A stretch of DNA of 64,000 bases, from positions 1-64,000 of IMG/VR virus record IMGVR_UViG_3300009129_001478; one strand, given 5' to 3'. The DNA is from a virus. This document shows, one piece after another, positions 31,346 through 40,785 of the stretch; the first letter of the stretch is position 1; each line of letters opens with the position of its first letter. The notes beneath the pieces were generated by a model that made no database searches, had not been told where the DNA came from, and saw nothing but the letters and a program-made list of their open reading frames with translations. Made by a program: the position numbers and the translations under genes.

Positions 31346-31762
31346 ATGAAACTTACAAAAACACAACTACGAAACCTTATCAAAGAAGAAATAAAAAATA
31401 TCAACGAAGGGTCCATGATGCGACCCCGTGCAAGAGATATGTTTGGTAAGACAGTTTATTGGCGCGATCTTATTGAAATCAAAAAGGTTACCAAAACAGG
31501 TAGAGAAAAAATTGATTTTGAAAGGATTATCAATTCTGGAGTAATTGATAAACCAAGCGAGGATTATCCCGATGGTGGACTTCCCGGTTATAGGGAAACT
31601 CGTGAGCCTTTGCTCCGCTCTGATCAACCCATTATTGTCACAATGGAAGACGGCGATAAACAGCGCTTCAAATCCAACGGACAAGAAATCACTCTATTGG
31701 ATCTGCTGGGTGATGATGAAGTCGCAGATTTGATGGCTTCGGGTGATATAGAACAACTATAA
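31346..31762 (+). CDS. Leader-motif protein
   Basis: MKLTKTQLRNLIKEEIKNINE. Confidence 0.6.
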   Translation: MKLTKTQLRNLIKEEIKNINEGSMMRPRARDMFGKTVYWRDLIEIKKVTKTGREKIDFERIINSGVIDKPSEDYPDGGLPGYRETREPLLRSDQPIIVTMEDGDKQRFKSNGQEITLLDLLGDDEVADLMASGDIEQL

Positions 31763-31813
31763 GCATCTCAAATAGGCTCTGAATAAAACTACTTATTACG
31801 GAGTCTATATTAT

Positions 31814-32998
31814 ATGAGTACTTTCAAAGAGCATAAAACAATAGCCGACCGCGCAGCGGGGGATAGAACCCGTCACCGTCAAAAAATTGAAAAGGCTATA
31901 AAAGAAAGTATCAAAGATGTTGTAGCCGAAGAAAGTATCATCGGACAAAGCGGAAAAAAGAAGATTAGAATTCCCGTAAAAGGGATTAAAGAACACCGCT
32001 TTGTTTATGGAAACAACGAAAAAAACAAACGTGTTGGTTCTGCTGAAGGTATTGATGTCAAAGAGGGTCAAAGAATTGGCAGCAAGCGACGCCAACGAGG
32101 CCCAGGTGACGAAAAAGCAGGGAATAAGCCCGGCAAAGAATCTTATGAAATAGAAATGTCATTAGAGGAACTGGCTGAATATTTATTCTCCGACCTCAAT
32201 TTGCCTGATTTAGAAAAGAAGCGTTTCAAATTTATCACCGAAGAAAAAATGAAACGGAAGGGCAAGAGACCATATGGGATCCGCCCACGTTTGTCAAAAA
32301 AAGAAACGATCATACAAAAAATCAGAAGAAAAAAGGCTGCGATCAAGGCAGGGACCCATGATCCAGAGGATGATGAGCGGTTTACATTTCATGAAAGTGA
32401 TTTACGCTACAAACATATTGCACCCGTTCAAAAAGAAAATACTACAGCGGTTATCTTTTTTGTAATGGATGTTTCGGGATCCATGACAACCACTAAAAAA
32501 TTCTTAGCAAGAAGCTTCTTCTTCTTATTGTATCAGTTCCTCAATCATCGTTATTCTGCCGTAGATGTGGTTTTTGTTTCACACACCGCTGAAGCAAAAG
32601 AAGTTAACGAAGAACAATTTTTCACACAAGTTCCCAGCGGAGGAACACTTGTTTCTACCGGGCTAAGAAAAGTACAAAAAATTATTGACAAAAGGTATCA
32701 TCCAAATAATTGGAATATTTATACGTTCTATTGTGGTGATGGGGATAATTGGGGAGTTGATAATAAAGAGGCAATTCAGGCGTTCAGAGAACTCAAAGAG
32801 ATAAACCAAATGATGTGTTATACCGAAATAGGTGAAATAAGAGCCTTTAGTAGAAATTTGTTTTATGAACTAGAAACCGAAAAAAGGCTTTGGGATTGGG
32901 TAGATCTCGTAGTTGATAATTCTTTTAAAAAAATTAGACTTACGAATCATAATGACATTTGGTCGTCTTTCAAAAAACTGTTTGGAGCGAAAAACTAA
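31814..32998 (+). CDS. yeaH: YeaH/YhbH (DUF444) VWA-like protein
   Basis: DRTRH, DLRY, MDVSGSM, GGT.VS, WNIY...GDGDNW. Confidence 0.9.
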   Translation: MSTFKEHKTIADRAAGDRTRHRQKIEKAIKESIKDVVAEESIIGQSGKKKIRIPVKGIKEHRFVYGNNEKNKRVGSAEGIDVKEGQRIGSKRRQRGPGDEKAGNKPGKESYEIEMSLEELAEYLFSDLNLPDLEKKRFKFITEEKMKRKGKRPYGIRPRLSKKETIIQKIRRKKAAIKAGTHDPEDDERFTFHESDLRYKHIAPVQKENTTAVIFFVMDVSGSMTTTKKFLARSFFFLLYQFLNHRYSAVDVVFVSHTAEAKEVNEEQFFTQVPSGGTLVSTGLRKVQKIIDKRYHPNNWNIYTFYCGDGDNWGVDNKEAIQAFRELKEINQMMCYTEIGEIRAFSRNLFYELETEKRLWDWVDLVVDNSFKKIRLTNHNDIWSSFKKLFGAKN

Positions 32999-34314
32999 TG
33001 GCTGATTGGTCGGTGGAAGAATTACAAGATTGGGATAACAAGATTTGTAAGTTGGGCAAAGAGCTTCAGCTTGATTGGTATCCTATATCTTATGAAATTT
33101 GTGATTATAAAGAAATGATAGGACATATGGCTTATTCCGGACTACCCACTCATTACAGACACTGGTCGTATGGGAAATCATTTGATAGGATCCAAACAGA
33201 ATATAATTTGGGAATGTCGGGTCTTCCATACGAGATGATTATTAATTCCAACCCCAGTATTGCGTATTTGATGACTGAGAATCCAATGTCAACTCACATA
33301 CTTACAATGGCACACTGTGTTGGACATAGTGATTTTTTCAAGAACAATCGTATGTTCTCCGAAACAAGAGCCGACACGGCAATTGATCGTTTTAAAGCCG
33401 CCGGCAAACGCGTTAAAAAATACATGGAGAACCCATCTATTGGCATAGATAAAGTTGAGAAGATTTTAGATTCATGCCATGCGATCAGATATCAAGTCCC
33501 AAGAACACCAGGCGTTCAACGAAGAGATCATCGTAAACTAAAGGAATATTATAGGGATCTAATAATAAATGATAAAACGGGACGATGGGACGGATTTGAT
33601 TTGAATAAAATTCCTCTAGAACCTGATCAGAATCTTCTTGAATTCATAGCGGAACATAATCGTTTTCTAGAGCTTTGGGAGAAAGACTTGATAAATATTG
33701 TTTCGGCTGAATCATCTTATTTTGTCCCGCAGGCATTGACCAAAATTATGAATGAGGGCTGGGCAGTTCTTATCCACGAAAAAATAGTTAAAAGTTTGGA
33801 TATGCCAGATGATTACCACTTGGCTTTTATTCGTTTACATAATCAAGTAATTCGCCCCCATTTAGGACGAGTAAACCCCTACCACTTAGGTTATAAAATA
33901 TTTCGTCACATTGAGGAGAAATATGGGTTTGATGAATGTTTGCGCGCAAGGGAAACTCACAATGATGAAACTTTTATAAAATCTTATTTTGATCTTGAAA
34001 TGTGTAAAGATTTGAATTTATTTACCTATTCTATGGATCAGAGAGAGGGAGCAACAAAAATTAGAGATGTATCCGGGGAAGATAGTTGGAGAACTATTCG
34101 CGACGAGCTAATTAAGAATGTAGGACTTAATGCTGTTCCGGTTATCGTCGTAAAGGAATTGTTAAAGGATGGTACACTAATACTTGAACACGAACACGAC
34201 GGGAGAGATCTGGAGTTGTCAGAAGCTAATAAAGTTTTTGGACATATCAATGAACTCTGGTCCGGTAATATAAAGTTTACTACAATTATTGAAGACGAAA
34301 CTTGGGAGTTTTGA
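32998..34314 (+). CDS. spoVR: SpoVR/YcgB family protein
   Basis: GLPTHYRHWSYGK, YEMIINSNP, GHSDFFKNN, TKIMNEGWA, NPYHLG. Confidence 0.93.
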   Translation: MADWSVEELQDWDNKICKLGKELQLDWYPISYEICDYKEMIGHMAYSGLPTHYRHWSYGKSFDRIQTEYNLGMSGLPYEMIINSNPSIAYLMTENPMSTHILTMAHCVGHSDFFKNNRMFSETRADTAIDRFKAAGKRVKKYMENPSIGIDKVEKILDSCHAIRYQVPRTPGVQRRDHRKLKEYYRDLIINDKTGRWDGFDLNKIPLEPDQNLLEFIAEHNRFLELWEKDLINIVSAESSYFVPQALTKIMNEGWAVLIHEKIVKSLDMPDDYHLAFIRLHNQVIRPHLGRVNPYHLGYKIFRHIEEKYGFDECLRARETHNDETFIKSYFDLEMCKDLNLFTYSMDQREGATKIRDVSGEDSWRTIRDELIKNVGLNAVPVIVVKELLKDGTLILEHEHDGRDLELSEANKVFGHINELWSGNIKFTTIIEDETWEF

Positions 34315-34320
34315 TCCACC

Positions 34321-36264
34321 ATGGCAAAAGAAAATAAATCTGGAAAGTTTTTGAAGCTGGTTGAAAAACACCGGGAGAAAAAATCAGTTGATAAATTTCA
34401 AGGCACTTTAGAGGAATACCTCAAGCTAATTGAAGCAGACCCATCTATACCCATATTATCACACAAAAGGCTATATGATGTTCTTTCTGGAAATGGTATT
34501 ACTAGAATGTCTAAATCTGATTCACGCTGCAATAAATTATTCAGTGGCGAGGAAATTAGGACTTATGATTATTTCCAATCAAAATTCTTTGGAATGGAAA
34601 GATCGTTAGCTAAAATTATGAGATTTTTACGGTCAGCTTCCCTGAAGGGAGAAGAGAGCCGCCAGGTATTATTACTTCTAGGTCCTGTTGGTGCCGGCAA
34701 ATCTGCCCTAATGGAGCACATAAAATCAGCCCTGGAACAATGTGATCCTATGTATCATATTGAAGGTTGTCCAATCCATGAAGAACCTCTTCATTTGATT
34801 CCCCGCTCCTTGAGGGAAGAATTTCAAAGTATTTATAATATAAAAATAGAAGGTGATTTATGTCCAGTATGCCGGCATCGCCTAAAAGAAAAATTCAATA
34901 ATGACTATACAACAATGCCAATAGCCCAGTCTTCGTTTTCAGTTCGTGGGCGGCGAGGTGTAGGCGTTGTCCCACCGATGGATGCCAATAGTCAGGATGT
35001 TACAATTTTAGTTGGTAGTGAGGACATTTCTAAGTTAGATTTATATTCTGAAGATGATCCGCGAGTTTTATCTCTAAATGGTGCCTTCAATGTTGGTAAT
35101 CGTGGTATTGTAGAGTTTGTTGAGGTTTTCAAAAATGAGATTGAATTTCTTCACACTATGATCACAGCAACACAAGAAAAGGCTGTACCATCACCAGGCA
35201 AAGGTCCTATGATTTATTTTGATGGCGTTATCCTGGCTCACTGTAATGAGGCTGAGTGGAACAAATTCAAGTCGGAAAATACGAATGAAGCCATTCTTGA
35301 TCGTATTGTTCGTGTAAATGTACCCTATTGTTTGGAGGTTTCTGAAGAGCAAAAGATTTATGAAAAAATGCTAGGACTGTCTGACTTTGATGGTCATATC
35401 GCCCCTCATACACTTGAGATTGCTAGTATGTTTGCCGTTCTAAGTCGTCTGCATCCATCTAATAAGGTTGACCCACTGACAAAGATGAAGCTTTATGACG
35501 GCGAAGAGGTAATTGAAAAAGGACATGTCAAAAAAATAGATATTAAAGATCTTAGAGATGAAACCAGAGATGAAGGGATGACAGGAATTTCTACAAGATT
35601 CATTATGAAAGCTATTGATTCGTCTCTATCAGATAGTGATAAAAATATGGTAACTCCTATCTCTATCCGAGATGCACTCATTAAGCAAGTCAAGGATCAG
35701 ATTGTAGTAGAGGATGACAGAAACCGTTATCTTGATTTTTTAGGTAAGACTTTACATGATGAATATTTGAATATTCTAGAGAAGGAAATAACCAAAGCTT
35801 TTGTATCTGCCTATGATGAACAAGCAGAAGCTCTTTTCAACAATTATTTAGATCATGCAGAGGCATATGTGAATATGACCACGGTCAAAGATGTTGTAAC
35901 AAATGAAGAAATTTCTCCCGACGAACCATTCATGGTTTCTATTGAGGAACAAATCGCAATTGTTGGCACAGCCAAAGAAAACTTCAGAGTTGATATTACT
36001 GCCTTCATGTTTTCAAAGCTCCGCCGCGGAGAAAAAGTAGACTGGAAGAGTTATGCTCCTCTAAAAGAAGCCATTGAGAGTAAATTAACATCCTCAGTAA
36101 AAGAAATATCTCGCATTGTTACCAAATCTAAGAGTCGCGATAAAAAACAACAAGGAAAATATAACGAAATGGTTAAAACTCTGATGGATGAATATGGATA
36201 TAATGAAGATTCAGCCGAAGAAGTAATCAAGTTTGCTGCAAATAATCTGTGGAGAGATAGCTAA
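34321..36264 (+). CDS. prkA: PrkA/YeaG AAA-type serine protein kinase
   Basis: FFGME, LLGPVGAGKS, CPIHEEPL, NRGIVEFVE, EGMTGISTRF. Confidence 0.95.
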   Translation: MAKENKSGKFLKLVEKHREKKSVDKFQGTLEEYLKLIEADPSIPILSHKRLYDVLSGNGITRMSKSDSRCNKLFSGEEIRTYDYFQSKFFGMERSLAKIMRFLRSASLKGEESRQVLLLLGPVGAGKSALMEHIKSALEQCDPMYHIEGCPIHEEPLHLIPRSLREEFQSIYNIKIEGDLCPVCRHRLKEKFNNDYTTMPIAQSSFSVRGRRGVGVVPPMDANSQDVTILVGSEDISKLDLYSEDDPRVLSLNGAFNVGNRGIVEFVEVFKNEIEFLHTMITATQEKAVPSPGKGPMIYFDGVILAHCNEAEWNKFKSENTNEAILDRIVRVNVPYCLEVSEEQKIYEKMLGLSDFDGHIAPHTLEIASMFAVLSRLHPSNKVDPLTKMKLYDGEEVIEKGHVKKIDIKDLRDETRDEGMTGISTRFIMKAIDSSLSDSDKNMVTPISIRDALIKQVKDQIVVEDDRNRYLDFLGKTLHDEYLNILEKEITKAFVSAYDEQAEALFNNYLDHAEAYVNMTTVKDVVTNEEISPDEPFMVSIEEQIAIVGTAKENFRVDITAFMFSKLRRGEKVDWKSYAPLKEAIESKLTSSVKEISRIVTKSKSRDKKQQGKYNEMVKTLMDEYGYNEDSAEEVIKFAANNLWRDS

Positions 36265-36273
36265 GGCAACAAG

Positions 36274-37251
36274 ATGTCTAATTTTGCAGACAAGATTAAA
36301 ACTCTCAGAGATTTTGTCGGGAATACTCCATTAATCAAAATTATAGTAGATGTTGCCGGCAAAAATGTAGTAATTTATGCCAAATATGAAGCTTGGAGCT
36401 TCTCTGGAAGCATAAAAGACCGCATGGCCTTACAAATATTGCAAAGTGCAGAGAATTTATCACAATTTCACGAAGGTGATACCATAATAGAGGCTACGAG
36501 TGGCAATACTGGGATTGCTTTTGCTGCGATGGGAGCTTATTTGGGGAGTGAGGTTCATATTTACATGCCAAATTGGCTTTCTGAAGAGAGAAAATCTCTT
36601 TTAAGATTTTACGGGGCAAAATTGCACGAAATAAGCGAAAAAGATGGTGGATTTCTTAAATGTATAGAGCTAGCATCCAAAAAAAGTGAAAAAAAGGGCT
36701 TTTTCGGACCAAAACAGTTTACTAATGCATGGAATGTGTTTTCGCACATGAATTCAACAGCACCTGAACTCCATAAATGCCTTAGCGAACAAAACTTGCC
36801 TAAACTCGGCGCTTTTGTTGCAGGAGTCGGCACTGGGGGTACTATTATGGGTTTTCATCACTATTTCAACGACAGGGATGGTGATTTTACTGCTTTTCCG
36901 GTGTTTCCAGAGAATAATATTGACAGGGGACATAGAATTGAGGGTATAGGGGACAGTTTTATTCCCAAGATTTTAAATTTAGATGAATTGGGTAAAATTA
37001 TAAGAGTAAAAGACTCGGATGCTATAAATGTTGCAAGACAAATGAATAAACTAGGACTATCAGTAGGTATTTCATCAGGTGCTAATGTATTTGCAGCCGC
37101 GCTGAAAGCTTCAGAACTTCAAAATAACCTGACCGTCGCGACGGTTCTATGTGATGATAATAAGAAATACCTTTCTACTGATTTGTGTTCTGATAGTGTT
37201 GAGGAACTCTCAAGCGAAATAAAAATCAAAGATTTTATAAGGATTACTTGA
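36274..37251 (+). CDS. cysK: Cysteine synthase (PLP-dependent)
   Basis: VGNTPL, SGSIKDR, EATSGNTG, GVGTGGT, GISSGA. Confidence 0.88.
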   Translation: MSNFADKIKTLRDFVGNTPLIKIIVDVAGKNVVIYAKYEAWSFSGSIKDRMALQILQSAENLSQFHEGDTIIEATSGNTGIAFAAMGAYLGSEVHIYMPNWLSEERKSLLRFYGAKLHEISEKDGGFLKCIELASKKSEKKGFFGPKQFTNAWNVFSHMNSTAPELHKCLSEQNLPKLGAFVAGVGTGGTIMGFHHYFNDRDGDFTAFPVFPENNIDRGHRIEGIGDSFIPKILNLDELGKIIRVKDSDAINVARQMNKLGLSVGISSGANVFAAALKASELQNNLTVATVLCDDNKKYLSTDLCSDSVEELSSEIKIKDFIRIT

Positions 37252-37275
37252 CTTTCTCGGGAATGATGATAATAT
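37248..37275 (+). promoter_or_regulatory. Sigma70-like promoter
   Basis: TTGAC-N17-TAATAT with TG. Confidence 0.6.
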
Positions 37276-37297
37276 GTATTAGTAAGAGGGTCTGATA

Positions 37298-37681
37298 TTG
37301 TCCAGCACAAGTGAAGATATCTTACAGAAACTTAAAGGAGTCTTAGAAGATGCTCTCGGAGACCCCAGGGATTTCCAGTTGGGCGAATATCCCAAAGAGG
37401 GGCTCCCTGTTGGTACAATCTCGCGATCAAATATTCACAACAGGCTGTGTGTTATTGTAGATGCCTTTTATGGTGACTTGGATGAAGACAATCAAAAAAT
37501 TATTATCTATACGGTGTTATTGTTTCCCGAGAGAATCGCCTTTGGTAAAAATAGTTCCCAACTGTCTGAAAATCAATACTACTTATCAAACGAGTATGAA
37601 TATGATATTATAGGATATCTTATGATCCCTCCAGTAAACTTAGAAAATTTTTCTCATATATTGGGATCAAGTTTGTTATGA
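37298..37681 (+). CDS. Hypothetical protein
   Basis: Follows promoter and AGAGGG SD. Confidence 0.5.
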   Translation: MSSTSEDILQKLKGVLEDALGDPRDFQLGEYPKEGLPVGTISRSNIHNRLCVIVDAFYGDLDEDNQKIIIYTVLLFPERIAFGKNSSQLSENQYYLSNEYEYDIIGYLMIPPVNLENFSHILGSSLL

Positions 37682-38445
37682 AATTAGAACCAAAAGCTCT
37701 TTTGTTTGATATGGATGGTACTCTAACTGTCCCGCGTCAGCGAATAAGTAATGAAGTTTTAGAAGCTCTCTCCAACACCTCCGTTGGACTCAAGAGACAT
37801 TTAGTTACCGGCTCCGAGATGGATAAAATTGATGAGCAAATTCCTAGTGATATTTTGTTAAAATTGTTTGATAGAGTATACGCATGCAATGGAACGCGCG
37901 TATATAATTGTTCACTAGATATGGATGATGAAACAAAAGCTATTGAGCCAGAACTGATTCATAAAGTTTCTCTAGTTGATCATTATTCGCCGGCTGATCT
38001 AAATCATATTGTAAATGTTTTACTGAAGATTGTTACGGATACACACACGAAGGTTAAGACTGGCACCTTTATTGAATGGCGTGAAAGCCAAATAAATTTC
38101 TCTGTGGTTGGCAGAAACTGCTCACAACTTCAGCGTGAAGATTATGTCAAATGGGACAAAAAAAGCGGAGAAAGAAAAAAGATTGTCAATCAGCTTCGCG
38201 AAGAATTTAAGGGCTGGGGTCTGGCCTTCCAACTTGGTGGTCAAATTTCTATTGATATTACACGAGAAGGTTGGGATAAAAGCTATGCATTTGAAAACAT
38301 GATTGAGACACCCGATCAGTGCGTATTTTTTGGCGACAAGATTTGCAAAGATGGTAATGATTTAGATATTGCTATGAAATCAGCAGCCTATCACGATATT
38401 CAAGGACCTGCCGAACTAATTTTGGCTCTACAGGAGTATAGATGA
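37678..38445 (+). CDS. HAD-IIB (eukaryote-type) phosphomannomutase
   Basis: FDMDGTLT.PR, GTFIEWR, NFSVVGR, GGQISIDI, GWDK, FFGDK...GND. Confidence 0.85.
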   Translation: MKLEPKALLFDMDGTLTVPRQRISNEVLEALSNTSVGLKRHLVTGSEMDKIDEQIPSDILLKLFDRVYACNGTRVYNCSLDMDDETKAIEPELIHKVSLVDHYSPADLNHIVNVLLKIVTDTHTKVKTGTFIEWRESQINFSVVGRNCSQLQREDYVKWDKKSGERKKIVNQLREEFKGWGLAFQLGGQISIDITREGWDKSYAFENMIETPDQCVFFGDKICKDGNDLDIAMKSAAYHDIQGPAELILALQEYR

Positions 38446-38861
38446 GTGATCCCATCAATTACGCTACTGGTTGGTATTCTATTAGCCCTGCTTTTGCCTG
38501 GTGGAGGTCTAATGTTCATCGCGTGGATCCGCTCAAAGCGCGCCGAAAAGCAGCGAGAGTTGTTGAAGAAATTAAACAAAAAGAGAAAGCTAACTCTGCA
38601 AAAATTGCAGAGGGAACAATTGATATATATGCGTAGTAAACAAAACAAGCATTCAAGAAGGGATAAAAAATGAATTGCTTTCAAATTGAAGTCCGCGGCG
38701 TAACCTTTACCATTTGGGCCCCCACTCTGCGTGAAGCTGTGGAGACCTTTATGATTGATATGGATTTTTTTGAAGTCCCCAAGGATATGGTGACCTGTGC
38801 TCCTATTCCTTCGTCTAATATGTTCCCACCAGAAGTTACTGGTTTTTAATTCATTTTTTTC

Positions 38862-38910
38862 TTGACTTCCCAGCAGACCATGATATTATGGTGTTGTAAG
38901 GGAGAGAAAT
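38862..38910 (+). promoter_or_regulatory. Sigma70-like early promoter
   Basis: TTGAC-N17-TATTAT, TGTAAGGGAGAG leader. Confidence 0.75.
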
Positions 38911-39390
38911 ATGAAGCTTCAAGCTGCCATCAAAAAGATCAAGAACCGAGCCAAAGTGGTTGGACTAGATGTTGATATCCAAGAGCATAAACGCTCGCAC
39001 GATTCACTCTTCTCCATTCGCTTTGAGAACTCTAACCAAGTTATCAGCTTTTATAACCAGCGTAACGGCGCGGACGATGTTAATCTCATCAAAGTTACAC
39101 GAGACGGCGACTATAGTGACCCGCAGTCGGATTACTTTGCCGGGTCCTTTGTAGATAACATTACGCAGGCTCTGAATTGGGTTGCTCCTCTGCCGGCAAA
39201 ATATCCTGTCGGCTCGCTGGTTCGTTTCAAGGGCAATAAGCGAAATGACCGTGCCAGGCTCGCCGGCAAAATTGGACTTGTTATAGAAGCTCAATCGGGC
39301 GGAACCTACAAAATCAATGTAATAGAAAATAGGTCATCGCCGCGTTACGATCCTTACTACTCTGAACGAGACCTAGAAAAAGTTTCATAA
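38911..39390 (+). CDS. Putative early protein with C-terminal SH3-like domain
   Basis: SDPQSDYFAG; YPVGSLVRF...GKIGLV. Confidence 0.6.
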   Translation: MKLQAAIKKIKNRAKVVGLDVDIQEHKRSHDSLFSIRFENSNQVISFYNQRNGADDVNLIKVTRDGDYSDPQSDYFAGSFVDNITQALNWVAPLPAKYPVGSLVRFKGNKRNDRARLAGKIGLVIEAQSGGTYKINVIENRSSPRYDPYYSERDLEKVS

Positions 39391-39395
39391 ATAAC

Positions 39396-39442
39396 TTGAC
39401 CTATCTCGTGTCCGTGTTATTATAGGTTATAAGGGGCTAGCA
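39396..39442 (+). promoter_or_regulatory. Sigma70-like early promoter
   Basis: TTGAC-N17-TATTAT with TG. Confidence 0.7.
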
Positions 39443-39760
39443 ATGGCTGAATCAAATCCCGAAGTTGAATTCCACCTTGAAGGTTTTCTAAAGGATTGCC
39501 AGCAAATGTTGGAAGAGCACTACTCTGAGAAGTATGCCAACCTTAAAGTCCCTGAAGTGGATTTCAAAGAGGGTGGAAAGTATTACAAAGTCTTCAAAAA
39601 TGAAGGTCTCCGAGGAAGTGCTTATGTTTGGTTCTTCGTCGGCAAAGAGGACGGCTTGATTTGGAAGGCTGCCTCTTGGAAAGCTCCCGCTAAGAACTTC
39701 CCTCGTGGAAATATTCTGACAGACAACGCCAAAGATGTAATTGGCATTTACGGATTATAA
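39443..39760 (+). CDS. Conserved phage protein
   Basis: GKYYKV...G.I.KAASWKAPAK..RGNI. Confidence 0.7.
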   Translation: MAESNPEVEFHLEGFLKDCQQMLEEHYSEKYANLKVPEVDFKEGGKYYKVFKNEGLRGSAYVWFFVGKEDGLIWKAASWKAPAKNFPRGNILTDNAKDVIGIYGL

Positions 39761-39873
39761 ATGACTGACAAAGAAAAACAAGACAGAGATGATCTAGTTG
39801 ACCGAGTAATGGCTATTGCTCGTGATCTAAAACTTCAAGCTGATAAAGAAATTGCAGAGGCAGAGGAGGAAAA

Positions 39874-40086
39874 ATGAGAAACATTTTTATTGCAATTATT
39901 TTAGTGGCGGGCGTAGGTTGCTCGCATAGTCAAAATGCTTCCGTTCGCATCCAAAAGGGCGATACCCTCAGTGAACTCGCGGTAAAACATAAGATCAATA
40001 GGAAAAAGCTTAGGAAGCTTAACCCTCAGATCAAAAACCCCAATGTTATTATCGCCGGGAAAAACCTTAGACTCCGCGCGAAGTAG
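39874..40086 (+). CDS. LysM-domain lipoprotein
   Basis: Lipobox GVGC; IQKGDTLSELA...LNPQIKNPNVI.AG. Confidence 0.85.
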   Translation: MRNIFIAIILVAGVGCSHSQNASVRIQKGDTLSELAVKHKINRKKLRKLNPQIKNPNVIIAGKNLRLRAK

Positions 40087-40535
40087 GAAAAAGAAAATGA
40101 CCAATCCAAAGCCAGGCAAGACTGGGTGGTTGACCTTGCAGGAATTTGACCACGAAACTTTTATCCAGTGGTTTATTTCAGAATCACAAGCCGGCAGAAT
40201 GTCACCAGAGCGTCTAAATGAAGCAAGTTGGGGAGTAAGTCCCCAGTTTCTGATCAACGCCTCTTTTGATGCTGAGGCTGCGGAACAGGCAACGTGGATG
40301 AAGCCTCTATTGTTCTTGGTTGGTGTTGCTACGGGAATGATTGGTGGAGCACTTTTGAGTTTAGAAACACCTATTTATTGGCTAAGTTTTTAGAATTATG
40401 AATTCATTTTTACACACTCTTTTCGGACTTTCGTTTGTTGGCGGATCTATGTATTTGCTTTATACAGCGATTATAAGGGAAAGAAAAAGGAGAATCACAA
40501 TGAAACAGGAGATTGCCAAAACCCGACGACGATAA

Positions 40536-40700
40536 GTGTCAAGGGTCAACCTAGGCCGATCTGGCAGGCGGCAAGAATAGCCAGCGTCCCTACCTACAGT
40601 ACCCACATACCTTGGAAGAGTTGCGTGTGGAAGACGGTTTGTAGGGTTAGATATACTACAAATAGGAATCCCGTAATCGTTCGGGTGAAAACTCTTCAAA
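40536..40700 (+). ncRNA. Candidate structured RNA of unknown class
   Basis: About 165-nt gap with several nested stems and a possible pseudoknot, directly before tRNA-Lys. Confidence 0.35.
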
Positions 40701-40704
40701 TTAT

Positions 40705-40777
40705 AGGGACATAGCTCAGTTGGTAGAGCAACAGACTTTTAATCTGATGGTCGTGGGTTCAATCCCCACTGTCCCCA
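40705..40777 (+). tRNA. tRNA-Lys(UUU)
   Basis: TAGCTCAGTTGGTAGAGC D-arm, CTTTTAA loop, GGTTCAATCC; A1-C72 mismatch; CCA not encoded. Confidence 0.9.
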
Positions 40778-40785
40778 CAACAGGA

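Noticed and set aside
40720-40785. N-terminal extension of the TilS ORF
   Set aside because: It is tRNA-Lys sequence; the real start is ATG 40786 or 40792.
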